This document shows positions 15,799 through 25,155 of a DNA stretch of 64,000 nt, piece after piece (the stretch's first letter is position 1; each line of letters starts with the position of its first letter). The notes beneath the pieces are model-generated. The model was given only the letters and a program-made list of their open reading frames with translations, had not been told where the DNA came from and searched no databases. The position numbers and the translations under genes are program-made. The stretch is from a gamma proteobacterium SCGC AAA076-P13 (GTDB lineage Bacteria > Pseudomonadota > Gammaproteobacteria > Magnimaribacterales > D2472). The DNA lies in the NCBI GenBank assembly GCA_000384935.1, contig ARRA01000002.1:70162-134161 (forward strand). The letters are read 5' to 3'.

Positions 15799-18135
15799 AT
15801 GAAACTGTCTCGTTTTATAAACAAGTATTTTTTAATTACATTTGCTATTTTTTCAGGCCAGCAAGCTTTTGCTCAACAGAATTATATCGAAGATGTTATC
15901 GTCACTGCTGAAAAGAGAAGTGAAAGTATTCAAGATATATCACAATCTGTTTCGGCATTAACAGATTCTGATCTAGATTCAAAAAATATTACTTCATTTG
16001 TTGATTTAAGTGGCATCGTTCCTGGTGTTACGGTTGCCAAAAATGAGGGATATAAAACTGTTATCTCTATTAGAGGTGTTGGTAACGAAACCAATCAGAA
16101 TGCAATAGCAGCCCCTTCTGTAGCATTTCATATGGATGGAATTTTTATAGCATCTCCGTTTTCTTTGCAGACTGATTTTGTTGATATTGATCGTATTGAA
16201 GTTTTAAGAGGCCCACAAGGAACACTATTTGGACAAAATTCAACTGGTGGAGCTATAAACGTAATTAGTAAGAAACCTACGACTGAAGAATATGGTGGAA
16301 AAGCTGACTTTACTCTTGGGACATATGGCCTAACTAAATTTAGAACATCAAATAATATTCCAATAAACGAAAAGCTTGCTACAAGGTTTTCAGCAACAAT
16401 TACAGAAAGAGATGGGTTTACTAAAAATTTAGTTACAGGACAGGATCTGGATGATGCTAGTAATCTAAGTTTAAGAAGTGACTGGTTGCTAGAAATTGAT
16501 GACCTTTCATCTTTAAGAGTTTTTGGTCAATATTTTAAAGTTGATAGAAATGGTTCTGCAATGAAAGGTGTCGATGATGTTTCTTCTGATCCAAGAGAGT
16601 TATATCAAGATTCATTATCAAAGCATGATTTAACATCTTTAGTGATTGGCGCTATTTATGAAATAGATCTTGGGTTTGCAAATCTAAAAGCAATGGCAAG
16701 TTCACAGGAGGATGACATTTCTGTAGATAGAGACAATGACAGACATAATTTTGGTGATGCGGTCAAAGTAATACCTGGCTTAGGATCTAATGCTACTTAT
16801 CAAAGGGCTGAATATAATTCAGAATCTTCTATAGTTGAAACTAAAACCTTTGAAATCAACTTAGTTTCTAACGAACCTTTATTTGGTGGACTTGATTGGA
16901 CTGTTGGTGCTTTTTATATGGAGCATGATATAGAAAATCATATTAGAGGCTATAGAGATAATAATAATGATGGAAATATTCTTTATGAGTGTTCAAACCC
17001 TAACGCAATATCAGGATCATGTTATGACCATGATTATGGCATACCAGGAAGATTTGCTGTATATGATGCTGAGTGGGATTTTGTAACTGATGCGTTTCCA
17101 AGTAGAGAATCTTATTCTTTATATGCACAAACAACTTATAGCTTTACAGAAGATTTTAGATTAGTTTCAGGTCTTCGTTACTCTGAAGACACTTTTAGTA
17201 CAAACGTAGCTAACTTTTACAATGTAGATGTGTTTGAGGCAGATGGAGATGTAGATAAAGTCACTGGTAAGGTTGTTGGTGAATTTGATATCTCTGATGG
17301 AACCATGGCTTATGTTTCATTTTCTCAAGGCTTCAAGCCTGGTGGAAGCAATCTAACATACGGCTACACTGAGGCAGAAGATATCGCTGCAGGAAGGCCT
17401 GTCGCACCAGCTATGGTTTTTCAAACCTATGAAAGTGAAAACATTGAAGCGATTGAAGTTGGCTTAAAAACTGATCTTGCAGATGGAAGAGCTAGAGCAA
17501 ATATAGCTTTATTTTCTTATGACTATGAGAATCTTCAATTCCAAGCAACAGATCCAGATCCATACAGAGGTGGTGTAGCAAATATACCTGAATCTTCAAT
17601 GACAGGTTTAGAGGTTGAATTAACAGCATTATTAACAGATTCACTAAGTCTTGATATGAATTTAGCTTTTCTTGACTCAGAAGTATCGTCTGATTATGAA
17701 GTCCTAGACAATGTGGACGCCTATCAGTACTTTTTTGGACAAGAGGATCTTCGTTACGGTTTAAGAGAAAATGTTAAAGGTAATGCATTAGCTAAAAGCC
17801 CAGAATTCACAGCTGATATAAGCATGACATATGAATCTGTTTTATCTTCAGGCACTGAGTTTACAGGAATTGTTCAGTATGTAAGAAGAGGTGAGTTTCA
17901 ACAAAGAGTATCTAATAATCTTTTAGTAGACAATATTAAGGCTTACAACATATTAAATTTAACAGCTAGCTATAACTTTGTTGGAGATACATGGGGATTA
18001 GATCTAATGCTATTAAACGCAACCGGAGTTGAGGGCGTAAATTCAAGCATGACAGACGTATTTGGTGTTGCTGCAACGGGTCTAGAATATATTGCTCCTC
18101 GTCAGTTTATGGTTCGCTTAAGTAAAGAGTTTTAA
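15799..18135 (+). CDS. TonB-dependent outer-membrane receptor
   Basis: Signal peptide, plug region EDVIVTAEKRSESIQD...RIEVLRGPQGTLFGQNSTGGAINV, C-terminal beta-barrel ending in F. Confidence 0.9.
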   Translation: MKLSRFINKYFLITFAIFSGQQAFAQQNYIEDVIVTAEKRSESIQDISQSVSALTDSDLDSKNITSFVDLSGIVPGVTVAKNEGYKTVISIRGVGNETNQNAIAAPSVAFHMDGIFIASPFSLQTDFVDIDRIEVLRGPQGTLFGQNSTGGAINVISKKPTTEEYGGKADFTLGTYGLTKFRTSNNIPINEKLATRFSATITERDGFTKNLVTGQDLDDASNLSLRSDWLLEIDDLSSLRVFGQYFKVDRNGSAMKGVDDVSSDPRELYQDSLSKHDLTSLVIGAIYEIDLGFANLKAMASSQEDDISVDRDNDRHNFGDAVKVIPGLGSNATYQRAEYNSESSIVETKTFEINLVSNEPLFGGLDWTVGAFYMEHDIENHIRGYRDNNNDGNILYECSNPNAISGSCYDHDYGIPGRFAVYDAEWDFVTDAFPSRESYSLYAQTTYSFTEDFRLVSGLRYSEDTFSTNVANFYNVDVFEADGDVDKVTGKVVGEFDISDGTMAYVSFSQGFKPGGSNLTYGYTEAEDIAAGRPVAPAMVFQTYESENIEAIEVGLKTDLADGRARANIALFSYDYENLQFQATDPDPYRGGVANIPESSMTGLEVELTALLTDSLSLDMNLAFLDSEVSSDYEVLDNVDAYQYFFGQEDLRYGLRENVKGNALAKSPEFTADISMTYESVLSSGTEFTGIVQYVRRGEFQQRVSNNLLVDNIKAYNILNLTASYNFVGDTWGLDLMLLNATGVEGVNSSMTDVFGVAATGLEYIAPRQFMVRLSKEF

Positions 18136-18155
18136 TTCCTAACATAAATTCAAAT

Positions 18156-18185
18156 GAGACTATGCTATTGTCATGGCATAGTCTC
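18156..18185 (+). terminator. rho-independent terminator candidate after the TonB receptor gene
   Basis: Perfect 10-bp stem GAGACTATGC / GCATAGTCTC with a 10-nt loop, followed by TTTC. Confidence 0.6.
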
Positions 18186-18202
18186 TTTCATAAAATAAAT
18201 AA

Positions 18203-18784
18203 ATGGATAAAAATTTTATACAAGCTCAAGAATTACTTGAAGACTCTTTTAAGCTTGCTTGGCAAGTTTATGAAAGTGGGTTTCGCCCCGATTATATAGT
18301 TGGAGTATGGAGAGGAGGAGCGCCTATAGGGATTGCTGTTCAAGAATTTTTAGATGTTTTGGGTGTAAAGTCTGACCATATTGCAATTAGAACCTCATCT
18401 TACGCTGGCATGGATGAGCGAAGTAAAACAGTGCAAGTTTATGGACTCAATTATGTTATCAAGAAGCTGGAGTCTGAAGATTCTCTTTTAATAGTAGATG
18501 ATGTTTATGACACTGGTCTTTCTATTAATCAAGTTGTTAATGATCTAAAAAAAGCATGTAAAAAAAATACCCCAGAAATAAGAATTGCAACACCATATTT
18601 CAAACCCAATAAAAACAAAACAGATCGTAAGCCTAATTACTATATTCATGAGACTGACAAATGGTTAGTATTCCCTCATGAGTTAGATGGACTTACTGTT
18701 GAAGAATTGAAAGCTAACAAACCAGAGTTAGGCGATTTAGTATCGAAGATATCTCATATAATTGAAGAAAAAAACTCTACCTAG
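18203..18784 (+). CDS. purine phosphoribosyltransferase (Gpt/Hpt-like)
   Basis: PRPP-binding motif SLLIVDDVYDTGLS. VGVWRGGAPIG as in the Gpt family. Confidence 0.8.
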   Translation: MDKNFIQAQELLEDSFKLAWQVYESGFRPDYIVGVWRGGAPIGIAVQEFLDVLGVKSDHIAIRTSSYAGMDERSKTVQVYGLNYVIKKLESEDSLLIVDDVYDTGLSINQVVNDLKKACKKNTPEIRIATPYFKPNKNKTDRKPNYYIHETDKWLVFPHELDGLTVEELKANKPELGDLVSKISHIIEEKNST

Positions 18785-18973
18785 TTGTTTCCAAACACAT
18801 CTCTAGTAAGTATTTTATTAGTAATATCCTTCAAATCATCCTCTACTCTATTTGCAATAATTAAGTCACACTTTTTCTGAAGATATTTCTAATACAGAGA
18901 CAGTATTTCTTTGAGTTATAGCTATTGCATTTGATAACCCAACATAACCAATTCCTACAACTGTAATTTTCAT
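18781..18973 (-). pseudogene. ugd: remnant of UDP-glucose 6-dehydrogenase (N-terminal ~60 codons, frameshifted, rest deleted)
   Basis: Minus strand reads MKITVVGIGYVGLSNAIAITQRNTVSVLEISSEKV then TGA. The +1 frame continues DLIIANRVEDDLKDITNKIL... Rossmann GxGxxG N-terminus typical of UGDH. It ends against the PRT gene stop. Confidence 0.65.
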
Positions 18974-18984
18974 ATCCTATAAAC

Positions 18985-19314
18985 CTACTTGTTAATAATG
19001 TTCTGCATTAATTTTTGGTTCTCATTTCCCCATTTACACCAAGAATCCAATACAGGTCTTAAAGACAGACCCATATCGGTAAGAGAATACTCCACTTTAG
19101 GGGGCACAACTTCATAAACTTTTCTGTTTATTACTTGGTCTCTTTCTAATTCTCGTAATTGCTTGGTAAGCATTTGCTGAGTAATTGGCGTTAGTGCTTT
19201 TTTTAACTCACCGAATCTTGTTGGACCCTTTATTAAATTATAGATTATTGCTATCTTCCATTTACCACCAATAAGCTTAAGTGAATTAGTAATAGGGCAG
19301 TTAGTCTTCTGCAT
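18985..19314 (-). CDS. HxlR-family transcriptional regulator
   Basis: CPITNSLKLIGGKWKIAIIYNL winged-helix signature. Confidence 0.85.
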   Translation of the reverse strand: MQKTNCPITNSLKLIGGKWKIAIIYNLIKGPTRFGELKKALTPITQQMLTKQLRELERDQVINRKVYEVVPPKVEYSLTDMGLSLRPVLDSWCKWGNENQKLMQNIINK

Positions 19315-19317
19315 TGC

Positions 19318-20454
19318 TTATTTGTGAGGGTTTACTAAATACTTTTCACCAGTTGCCTGCTTGGCATAAAGCTTAACAATTTCTGGTTGAAGCATTTCTT
19401 CAAAAGAAATTTCTTGGACATACTTACTAGCAAAAGTGGTCTTTATTTCTGAGGCTACTCTTTCTCTCATTTGCTGAAATCTTTCCATACCAATTTTTCC
19501 TATCATTGGAGTCAGCAGCCATCCACCAAGACCCCATGACATTCCAAATGCTCTCTTAAGAAGAGTTGGCTGTCTGTCTAAACCACCATAGATATAAACT
19601 TGCTTATATGTATCAGATCCATACCTGCTATATTCCTTAGCAGTTGCATTAGCTGCCATCTCCATCGCAGATAGTATTTGGCCAGGTAATTCACCATTGT
19701 TACCACCACCAGTAGCATCAAAACCTAAAGTTGCACCTGTTTCTATTAATGCCTTTACCAGATCTTTCATGAAGTCTGGGTCACTAGTATTACATACATG
19801 CTCTGCGCCTAAACTCTTTAAAAGTTCAACTTGTTCTGGTTTTCTAACAATGTTTACCAAAGGTACTGAGTCGTCTTTACATATTTTCACTAACATTTGA
19901 CCTAAGTTTGAAGCTGCTGCTGTATGAACAAGGGCTGTATGATTTTCCATCTTCATAGTTTCAATAAAAGCTAATGCAGTTAAAGGATTCACAAATGAAG
20001 ATGCAGCTTCTGCTGCTAATGTGCCATCTTCCATAACTAAACAACTTATAGCTGGTACACATCTATATTGAGAATACATTGCCCCACCTGCAAGACCAAC
20101 TGTTTTGCCAATAAGGTCTGTAGCATTTGTCCCTGCATCAACAACGACACCACTTCCCTCATTACCAACTTGCATTGATTCATCCAATCTTGGCTTCATT
20201 GCACCCATCATGGCAGGATGTATTTTAATAGTTGTAACAGTGTCATCTCCTGAGCCTGTTGAAGTGATAGTATCCATATCCGCAGCAAAGCTTAACAATA
20301 ATGCTAAATCCGAAGGGTTAATTGGAGATGCGCCCACTTTAATTAAAACTTCGTCATCTGAAGGAACCGGTATTTTTGATACTGCTATAGAAAGCTCGAC
20401 ATTTCCTTCGCTAGTTACTATTGATCTTATCTCTTTTGAATGCTGTTCTGACAT
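19318..20454 (-). CDS. MDR-superfamily NAD(P)-dependent oxidoreductase
   Basis: GroES-like N-terminus (VLIKVGASPINPSD) and Rossmann core. In an operon with hxlR (3-nt gap). Confidence 0.75.
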   Translation of the reverse strand: MSEQHSKEIRSIVTSEGNVELSIAVSKIPVPSDDEVLIKVGASPINPSDLALLLSFAADMDTITSTGSGDDTVTTIKIHPAMMGAMKPRLDESMQVGNEGSGVVVDAGTNATDLIGKTVGLAGGAMYSQYRCVPAISCLVMEDGTLAAEAASSFVNPLTALAFIETMKMENHTALVHTAAASNLGQMLVKICKDDSVPLVNIVRKPEQVELLKSLGAEHVCNTSDPDFMKDLVKALIETGATLGFDATGGGNNGELPGQILSAMEMAANATAKEYSRYGSDTYKQVYIYGGLDRQPTLLKRAFGMSWGLGGWLLTPMIGKIGMERFQQMRERVASEIKTTFASKYVQEISFEEMLQPEIVKLYAKQATGEKYLVNPHK

Positions 20455-20539
20455 ATTTTCCCCTTATAAAAATGTGATTTATGCGTTTGTTGGCATAATA
20501 TAATCTTTGGAATGATAATAGCAAGTAGTCAATTTAATC

Positions 20540-20549
20540 ATACTAGTAT
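20540..20549. promoter_or_regulatory. 10-bp perfect palindrome ATACTAGTAT flanked by direct repeats AATCATACT; candidate operator
   Basis: Lies in the 199-bp divergent region between the MDR-hxlR operon and the MFS gene. Confidence 0.3.
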
Positions 20550-20653
20550 ATAAAATCATACTTTCAATTGAAAAAGATGCTAAATAATTAAGGAATGATA
20601 TAAAACTTAAAGGTGTTACAATTTTTTGATAATTAATAGTCTTAAAGGGTTGT

Positions 20654-21973
20654 ATGAATAACAAAAAAGTAACAAGTAAAAACTACAGAGCTTTTGCTTT
20701 AGTTCTATTAACTGTTGTTTATGGATTCAATTTTATTGATCGCCAGATTGTTGGAATTCTAGCACCTTTCATTCAAGAAGATCTTGGGCTTTCCAATACT
20801 CAATTAGGCTTATTAATTGGTTTTGCTTTTGCTCTATTTTATACAGTAATTGCTATACCAATTGCGTGGCTTGCTGATAGATATAATAGAGTAAATATAT
20901 TATCTATAGCTTTAGCAACCTGGAGTGGTTTTACTGCACTAACTGGAATGGCTTCAAATTTTTGGCAAATTGGCTTGGCAAGAATGGGGGTAGGTATAGG
21001 TGAGGCTGGTGGCAGTCCTCCATCTCATTCAATAATTTCTGATATGTATCCTAAGGAAGAAAGGGCAGGTGCTCTTGGTGTTTATGCTATGGGTATTCCT
21101 TTTGGCATAATGGCTGCATATTTTGCAACAGCATCTCTTATGGGTTCTGGTGGTGATGTAGATTGGAGAAGAATTTTTATCTTTTTAGGTTTAACTGGAA
21201 TAGCTTTAGCAGGAATTGTTCGACTCACTTTAAGAGAACCTTCAAGAGGTGCAATGGAACTAGATGATGATGTGCAAATTGCCAAACTTCCTTTTATGGA
21301 GTCTCTTAGGTCTTTACTAAAAATACCAGCATGGTGGGCCATGTGCTTTGGTATTGCATTTGGATCTTTTGTGTCTTATGCATCATCTGCATTTCAAACA
21401 AAATTTTTAATTGCCTTAGACCCTTCTTTTGATTTTAAAACAATGGTTATCCTTTTAGGTATTATGAATGGAACCACCTATGCAGGTGGAGCTTTCTTTG
21501 GTGCAAGATTGGCTGATAAATGGGGTGCAAAAAATTTAAGAGCCTATGGCTGGCTCCCTGCAATTGCAATGTCCGTGACTCTCCCTCTTGGTATCTGGAG
21601 TTACTGGGTTCAATCGGTTGAAGCAAATCTAATACTTTCGACCATTTACTTGTTATTTATTGGTATTTATTTAGGTCCAAGTTTTGCTATTGCCCAAACT
21701 CTTGCCCCCATAAATATGAGAGCCATGTCCACAGCTTTATTCTTTTTTATTTTAAATATGGTTGCGCTAGGTGGGGGACCAACTTTTGCGGGATGGCTCA
21801 TAGATGTTTATAAGGAAACCTATTCAGATCTTGATGCTATGAGAATGGCTATGACTGTTACCCATCTTGTATTTATACCTGCTTTGATAAGTTTTCTTAT
21901 TGTATCTAGGATTCTTCCTCGTGATTGGAAACTTGCTGAAAAAAGAAACCAAGAACTTGCTTCAAATGAATGA
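20654..21973 (+). CDS. MFS transporter (Spns-like)
   Basis: 12 TM; FNFIDRQIVGILAPFIQEDLGLS and LADRYNRV loop motif. Confidence 0.85.
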   Translation: MNNKKVTSKNYRAFALVLLTVVYGFNFIDRQIVGILAPFIQEDLGLSNTQLGLLIGFAFALFYTVIAIPIAWLADRYNRVNILSIALATWSGFTALTGMASNFWQIGLARMGVGIGEAGGSPPSHSIISDMYPKEERAGALGVYAMGIPFGIMAAYFATASLMGSGGDVDWRRIFIFLGLTGIALAGIVRLTLREPSRGAMELDDDVQIAKLPFMESLRSLLKIPAWWAMCFGIAFGSFVSYASSAFQTKFLIALDPSFDFKTMVILLGIMNGTTYAGGAFFGARLADKWGAKNLRAYGWLPAIAMSVTLPLGIWSYWVQSVEANLILSTIYLLFIGIYLGPSFAIAQTLAPINMRAMSTALFFFILNMVALGGGPTFAGWLIDVYKETYSDLDAMRMAMTVTHLVFIPALISFLIVSRILPRDWKLAEKRNQELASNE

Positions 21974-22332
21974 TTTATAAAGTACTAACTTTAGATGAGT
22001 GGCAGTTAGCCAAAGAATTAGGAAAAATTGTTACTGATATAGATCAAGAGGATGGCTTTATTCATCTTTCTACATCAAGACAATTAGGTGCAACACTTTC
22101 GATGTATTTTAGAAGTTCAGAACAAGTAATGCTTCTTAAAATAAACCACAATAAAGTAGAAAAAACTCTTAAGCTAGAGCCAACATCCGCATCAAGCTCT
22201 CGAAAAGGTTTTTTTTACCATATCTATGGTGACTTATTGCTAGAGGATGTATCAAATGAATGGGTCTTAGAAAGAAATAGCTTTAATATCCCAGATGCAA
22301 TATTGATTGAAGCTGAAAATGATAATGTTTGA
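21970..22332 (+). CDS. DUF952 family protein
   Basis: DGFIHLSTSRQL ... FFYHIYGDL pattern. ATGA overlap with the MFS gene. Confidence 0.7.
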   Translation: MIYKVLTLDEWQLAKELGKIVTDIDQEDGFIHLSTSRQLGATLSMYFRSSEQVMLLKINHNKVEKTLKLEPTSASSSRKGFFYHIYGDLLLEDVSNEWVLERNSFNIPDAILIEAENDNV

Positions 22333-22763
22333 TTATGACTAAGACTTATTCAGATAAATTTTTAAAAAATATTCTTCAAGAAACAAAATCAATAGCTGTT
22401 GTGGGGGCTAGTTCAAAGGCCCACAGAGACAGCTTTAAAGTTATGGAGACACTAATTAAAAATGGATATATTGTTTATCCTGTTAACCCTTATGAGGTTG
22501 AGAATAAAATTCTTGGCATGCAATGTTACCCTGATTTGAAATCAATAGATGAAGAAGTTGATATGGTCGATATTTTTAGATCTTTAGATGCAGTTTTAGA
22601 AATTACCCATGAATCCATTAATATAAATGCTAAGACGATCTGGATGCAGCTTGATATTGTTCACCCAGAAGCAGAGGAATTAGCTCAAAAAGCAGGCATA
22701 AAGGTTGTGATGGACAGATGTCCTAAAATCGAACTATCAAAGTCATATTGGACTAGTAAATAA
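22329..22763 (+). CDS. CoA-binding domain protein (YccU/YneT-like)
   Basis: IAVVGASSKAHRDSF and VYPVNP motifs. Confidence 0.8.
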   Translation: MIMTKTYSDKFLKNILQETKSIAVVGASSKAHRDSFKVMETLIKNGYIVYPVNPYEVENKILGMQCYPDLKSIDEEVDMVDIFRSLDAVLEITHESININAKTIWMQLDIVHPEAEELAQKAGIKVVMDRCPKIELSKSYWTSK

Positions 22764-22786
22764 AAATATCTTTTAATAGATCTTAT

Positions 22787-23605
22787 ATGGAAATAAATTC
22801 AGAAATATTAATCAAAGAAAAAACTAGTAATGGGGTTCTTCGCTTAGTGATGAATGACTTGAAGACTAGAAATGCTTTATCGGAAAATATGATTAGCGTT
22901 TTGATGGCCGCGATTAATGAGGCTTCTATTAATTCAAGCATCAAGGTTGTTGTCATTGCATCTAATGGAAATGTTTTTTGTTCAGGTCATGATTTAAAAG
23001 AAATCAACATGGCTAGAGGCAATACAGATCAAGGGGATGATTATTTCAAAAAGTTATTCAAAAAATGTTCTATTCTCATGCAGGCTATTGTTAATTGCCC
23101 AAAACCTATTATTGCAGAGATTAACGGGGTCGCAACCGCGGCAGGCTGCCAATTGGTGGCATCATGTGACTTGGCTATAGCTTCTGATGAGTCAAGATTT
23201 GCAACTCCTGGTGTAAATATTGGTCTTTTTTGTTCAACCCCAATGGTGGCTCTTTCAAGGAATATTTCTAAAAAGAATGCTATGAAAATGCTTTTAACAG
23301 GCGATATGATTTCAGCAAAGAAAGCTAAAAAAATAGGACTAATAAATAGTAATGTTAATAAAAGTTATCTTCAAGAAGAGGTTGAGCAGCTAGCATCCAA
23401 TATTGCTAGCAAATCCACTATGACTGTCTCCACAGGAAAGAAAGCCTTCTATGCCCAGGCTGAAATGAGTCTTGCAGACGCTTATTTGTATACATCAGGC
23501 GTTATGAAAGAAAATACAATGAGATCTGATGCTAAAGAGGGTATATCGGCATTTCTTGAAAAAAGAGATCCTAGCTGGCCTGATCCAGAAGATACAAATT
23601 CATGA
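22787..23605 (+). CDS. enoyl-CoA hydratase/isomerase (crotonase) family
   Basis: FCSGHDLKE oxyanion-hole region and C-terminal EGISAFLEKRDPSW. Confidence 0.85.
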   Translation: MEINSEILIKEKTSNGVLRLVMNDLKTRNALSENMISVLMAAINEASINSSIKVVVIASNGNVFCSGHDLKEINMARGNTDQGDDYFKKLFKKCSILMQAIVNCPKPIIAEINGVATAAGCQLVASCDLAIASDESRFATPGVNIGLFCSTPMVALSRNISKKNAMKMLLTGDMISAKKAKKIGLINSNVNKSYLQEEVEQLASNIASKSTMTVSTGKKAFYAQAEMSLADAYLYTSGVMKENTMRSDAKEGISAFLEKRDPSWPDPEDTNS

Positions 23606-24627
23606 CCAATACCAAATCTGAAGACTTATTCGGAAGAGTCATGCTTAGTATTGAAGGGACCTCTCTTTCATTATATGAAAAAGACCTAATTAGCAGTTCT
23701 CAGGTTGGGGGAGTTATATTTTTTTCTAGAAACTTTATTTCCAGACAACAGATTGCCGATCTATGTGATGAAATTTTTTCAATCAAAACAAATATCCTTA
23801 TAGCTGTTGATCAAGAAGGGGGAAGAGTTCAGCGATTTGATAAAGAATTTTCTAAATTGCCTTCTATGCAGGAACTAGGAGATTACTCAATTAAGAATAA
23901 TGATTTTGAAATTTGTCATGATGTGGGCTGGTTGATGTCATCTGAGTTATTAGCTTCAGGTATTGATATTAGTTTTGCCCCCGTATTAGATGTTGATAGA
24001 GATACAAGCAGCATAATAGGCGATAGAGCATTCTCAGATAACCCTGATCTAGTATCAACCCTTGCCAAAAAATTTATTGAGGGTATGAATACCGCTGGAA
24101 TGAAGGCAACAGGAAAGCATTTTCCTGGGCATGGCGGAATTTTTGAAGACAGTCACATTACAGAACCTTCTGATAATAGAAATTATGAAGACTTACTAAA
24201 TAGAGATATAAAACCTTTTTTTGATTTAAAAGATAAGTTAGGCGCTGTTATGAGTGCCCATATAATATTTCCAAAAGTAGATGATAAGTCTGTAGGCTTT
24301 TCTTCTAAATGGCTCAAAGATATTCTTAGACAAGAGATACATTTTAATGGTGTAGTGTTTAGTGATGACCTCTCTATGAAAGGCTCAGGAGATAAATCCT
24401 TCTGTAGTAAAGCAATGAATTCTATCAGAGCAGGTTGTGACATGGTATTGGTATGTAACCATCCCGATGGAGTTTTAGAGGTTGTTAATTATTTTGAAAA
24501 AGAAAATGTAAGTCTCAGTGAAAAAATTATTACTATGAAAAAATCTAAATTTCCAAGTTGGAATGATTTAAAAAATAACAAAAAAAGATTGGAAATACTT
24601 GGGATTATTAAAAAAATAGGAGATTAA
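23602..24627 (+). CDS. nagZ: beta-N-acetylhexosaminidase
   Basis: AVDQEGGRVQRF, KHFPGHG and FSDDLSM motifs. Confidence 0.9.
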   Translation: MTNTKSEDLFGRVMLSIEGTSLSLYEKDLISSSQVGGVIFFSRNFISRQQIADLCDEIFSIKTNILIAVDQEGGRVQRFDKEFSKLPSMQELGDYSIKNNDFEICHDVGWLMSSELLASGIDISFAPVLDVDRDTSSIIGDRAFSDNPDLVSTLAKKFIEGMNTAGMKATGKHFPGHGGIFEDSHITEPSDNRNYEDLLNRDIKPFFDLKDKLGAVMSAHIIFPKVDDKSVGFSSKWLKDILRQEIHFNGVVFSDDLSMKGSGDKSFCSKAMNSIRAGCDMVLVCNHPDGVLEVVNYFEKENVSLSEKIITMKKSKFPSWNDLKNNKKRLEILGIIKKIGD

Positions 24628-24632
24628 GGGGT

Positions 24633-25154
24633 ATGAGAAGAGTAATAACAGGACATGATAAAAATGGAAAATCTATAGTTGTTTTAGATGGCCCGCCAGC
24701 CAGGTCTATAGGTGAGGATGTTGGTGGGCTATTTGAGCTTTGGAACACGGACGGAAATACCATCAATACTCAAGATAGTATTGATAGAGCTGATGATGAA
24801 ATTATTTTATCCCCACCCAGCAACGGCTCAAAGTTTAGGTATTTTCAAATTAACCCAACTCCTGAAGGTATCCCGATGGATATCATGCAGGATATTGCAG
24901 CAGATGCTTTTGATAAAATTGGCGCCGCTCATCATAGAATTGACACAACCAAGCATCCAGCCATGCATAAAACAGAAACTATCGACTACATAATTCTTCT
25001 TAAAGGAGATGTAACATTAATCCTTGATCAGGAAGAGGTTGATATAAAGCCATTTGATGTTGTGGTTCAGCGAGGAACTAATCATGCATGGGTTAACAAT
25101 GGAAGTGATCCAGCGCTCTTAATAGCAGTACTAATCGATAGTGAATTAAATTAA
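24633..25154 (+). CDS. cupin-domain protein
   Basis: C-terminal cupin barrel (HKTETIDYIILLKGDVTL...GTNHAW). Confidence 0.65.
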   Translation: MRRVITGHDKNGKSIVVLDGPPARSIGEDVGGLFELWNTDGNTINTQDSIDRADDEIILSPPSNGSKFRYFQINPTPEGIPMDIMQDIAADAFDKIGAAHHRIDTTKHPAMHKTETIDYIILLKGDVTLILDQEEVDIKPFDVVVQRGTNHAWVNNGSDPALLIAVLIDSELN

Positions 25155-25155
25155 G

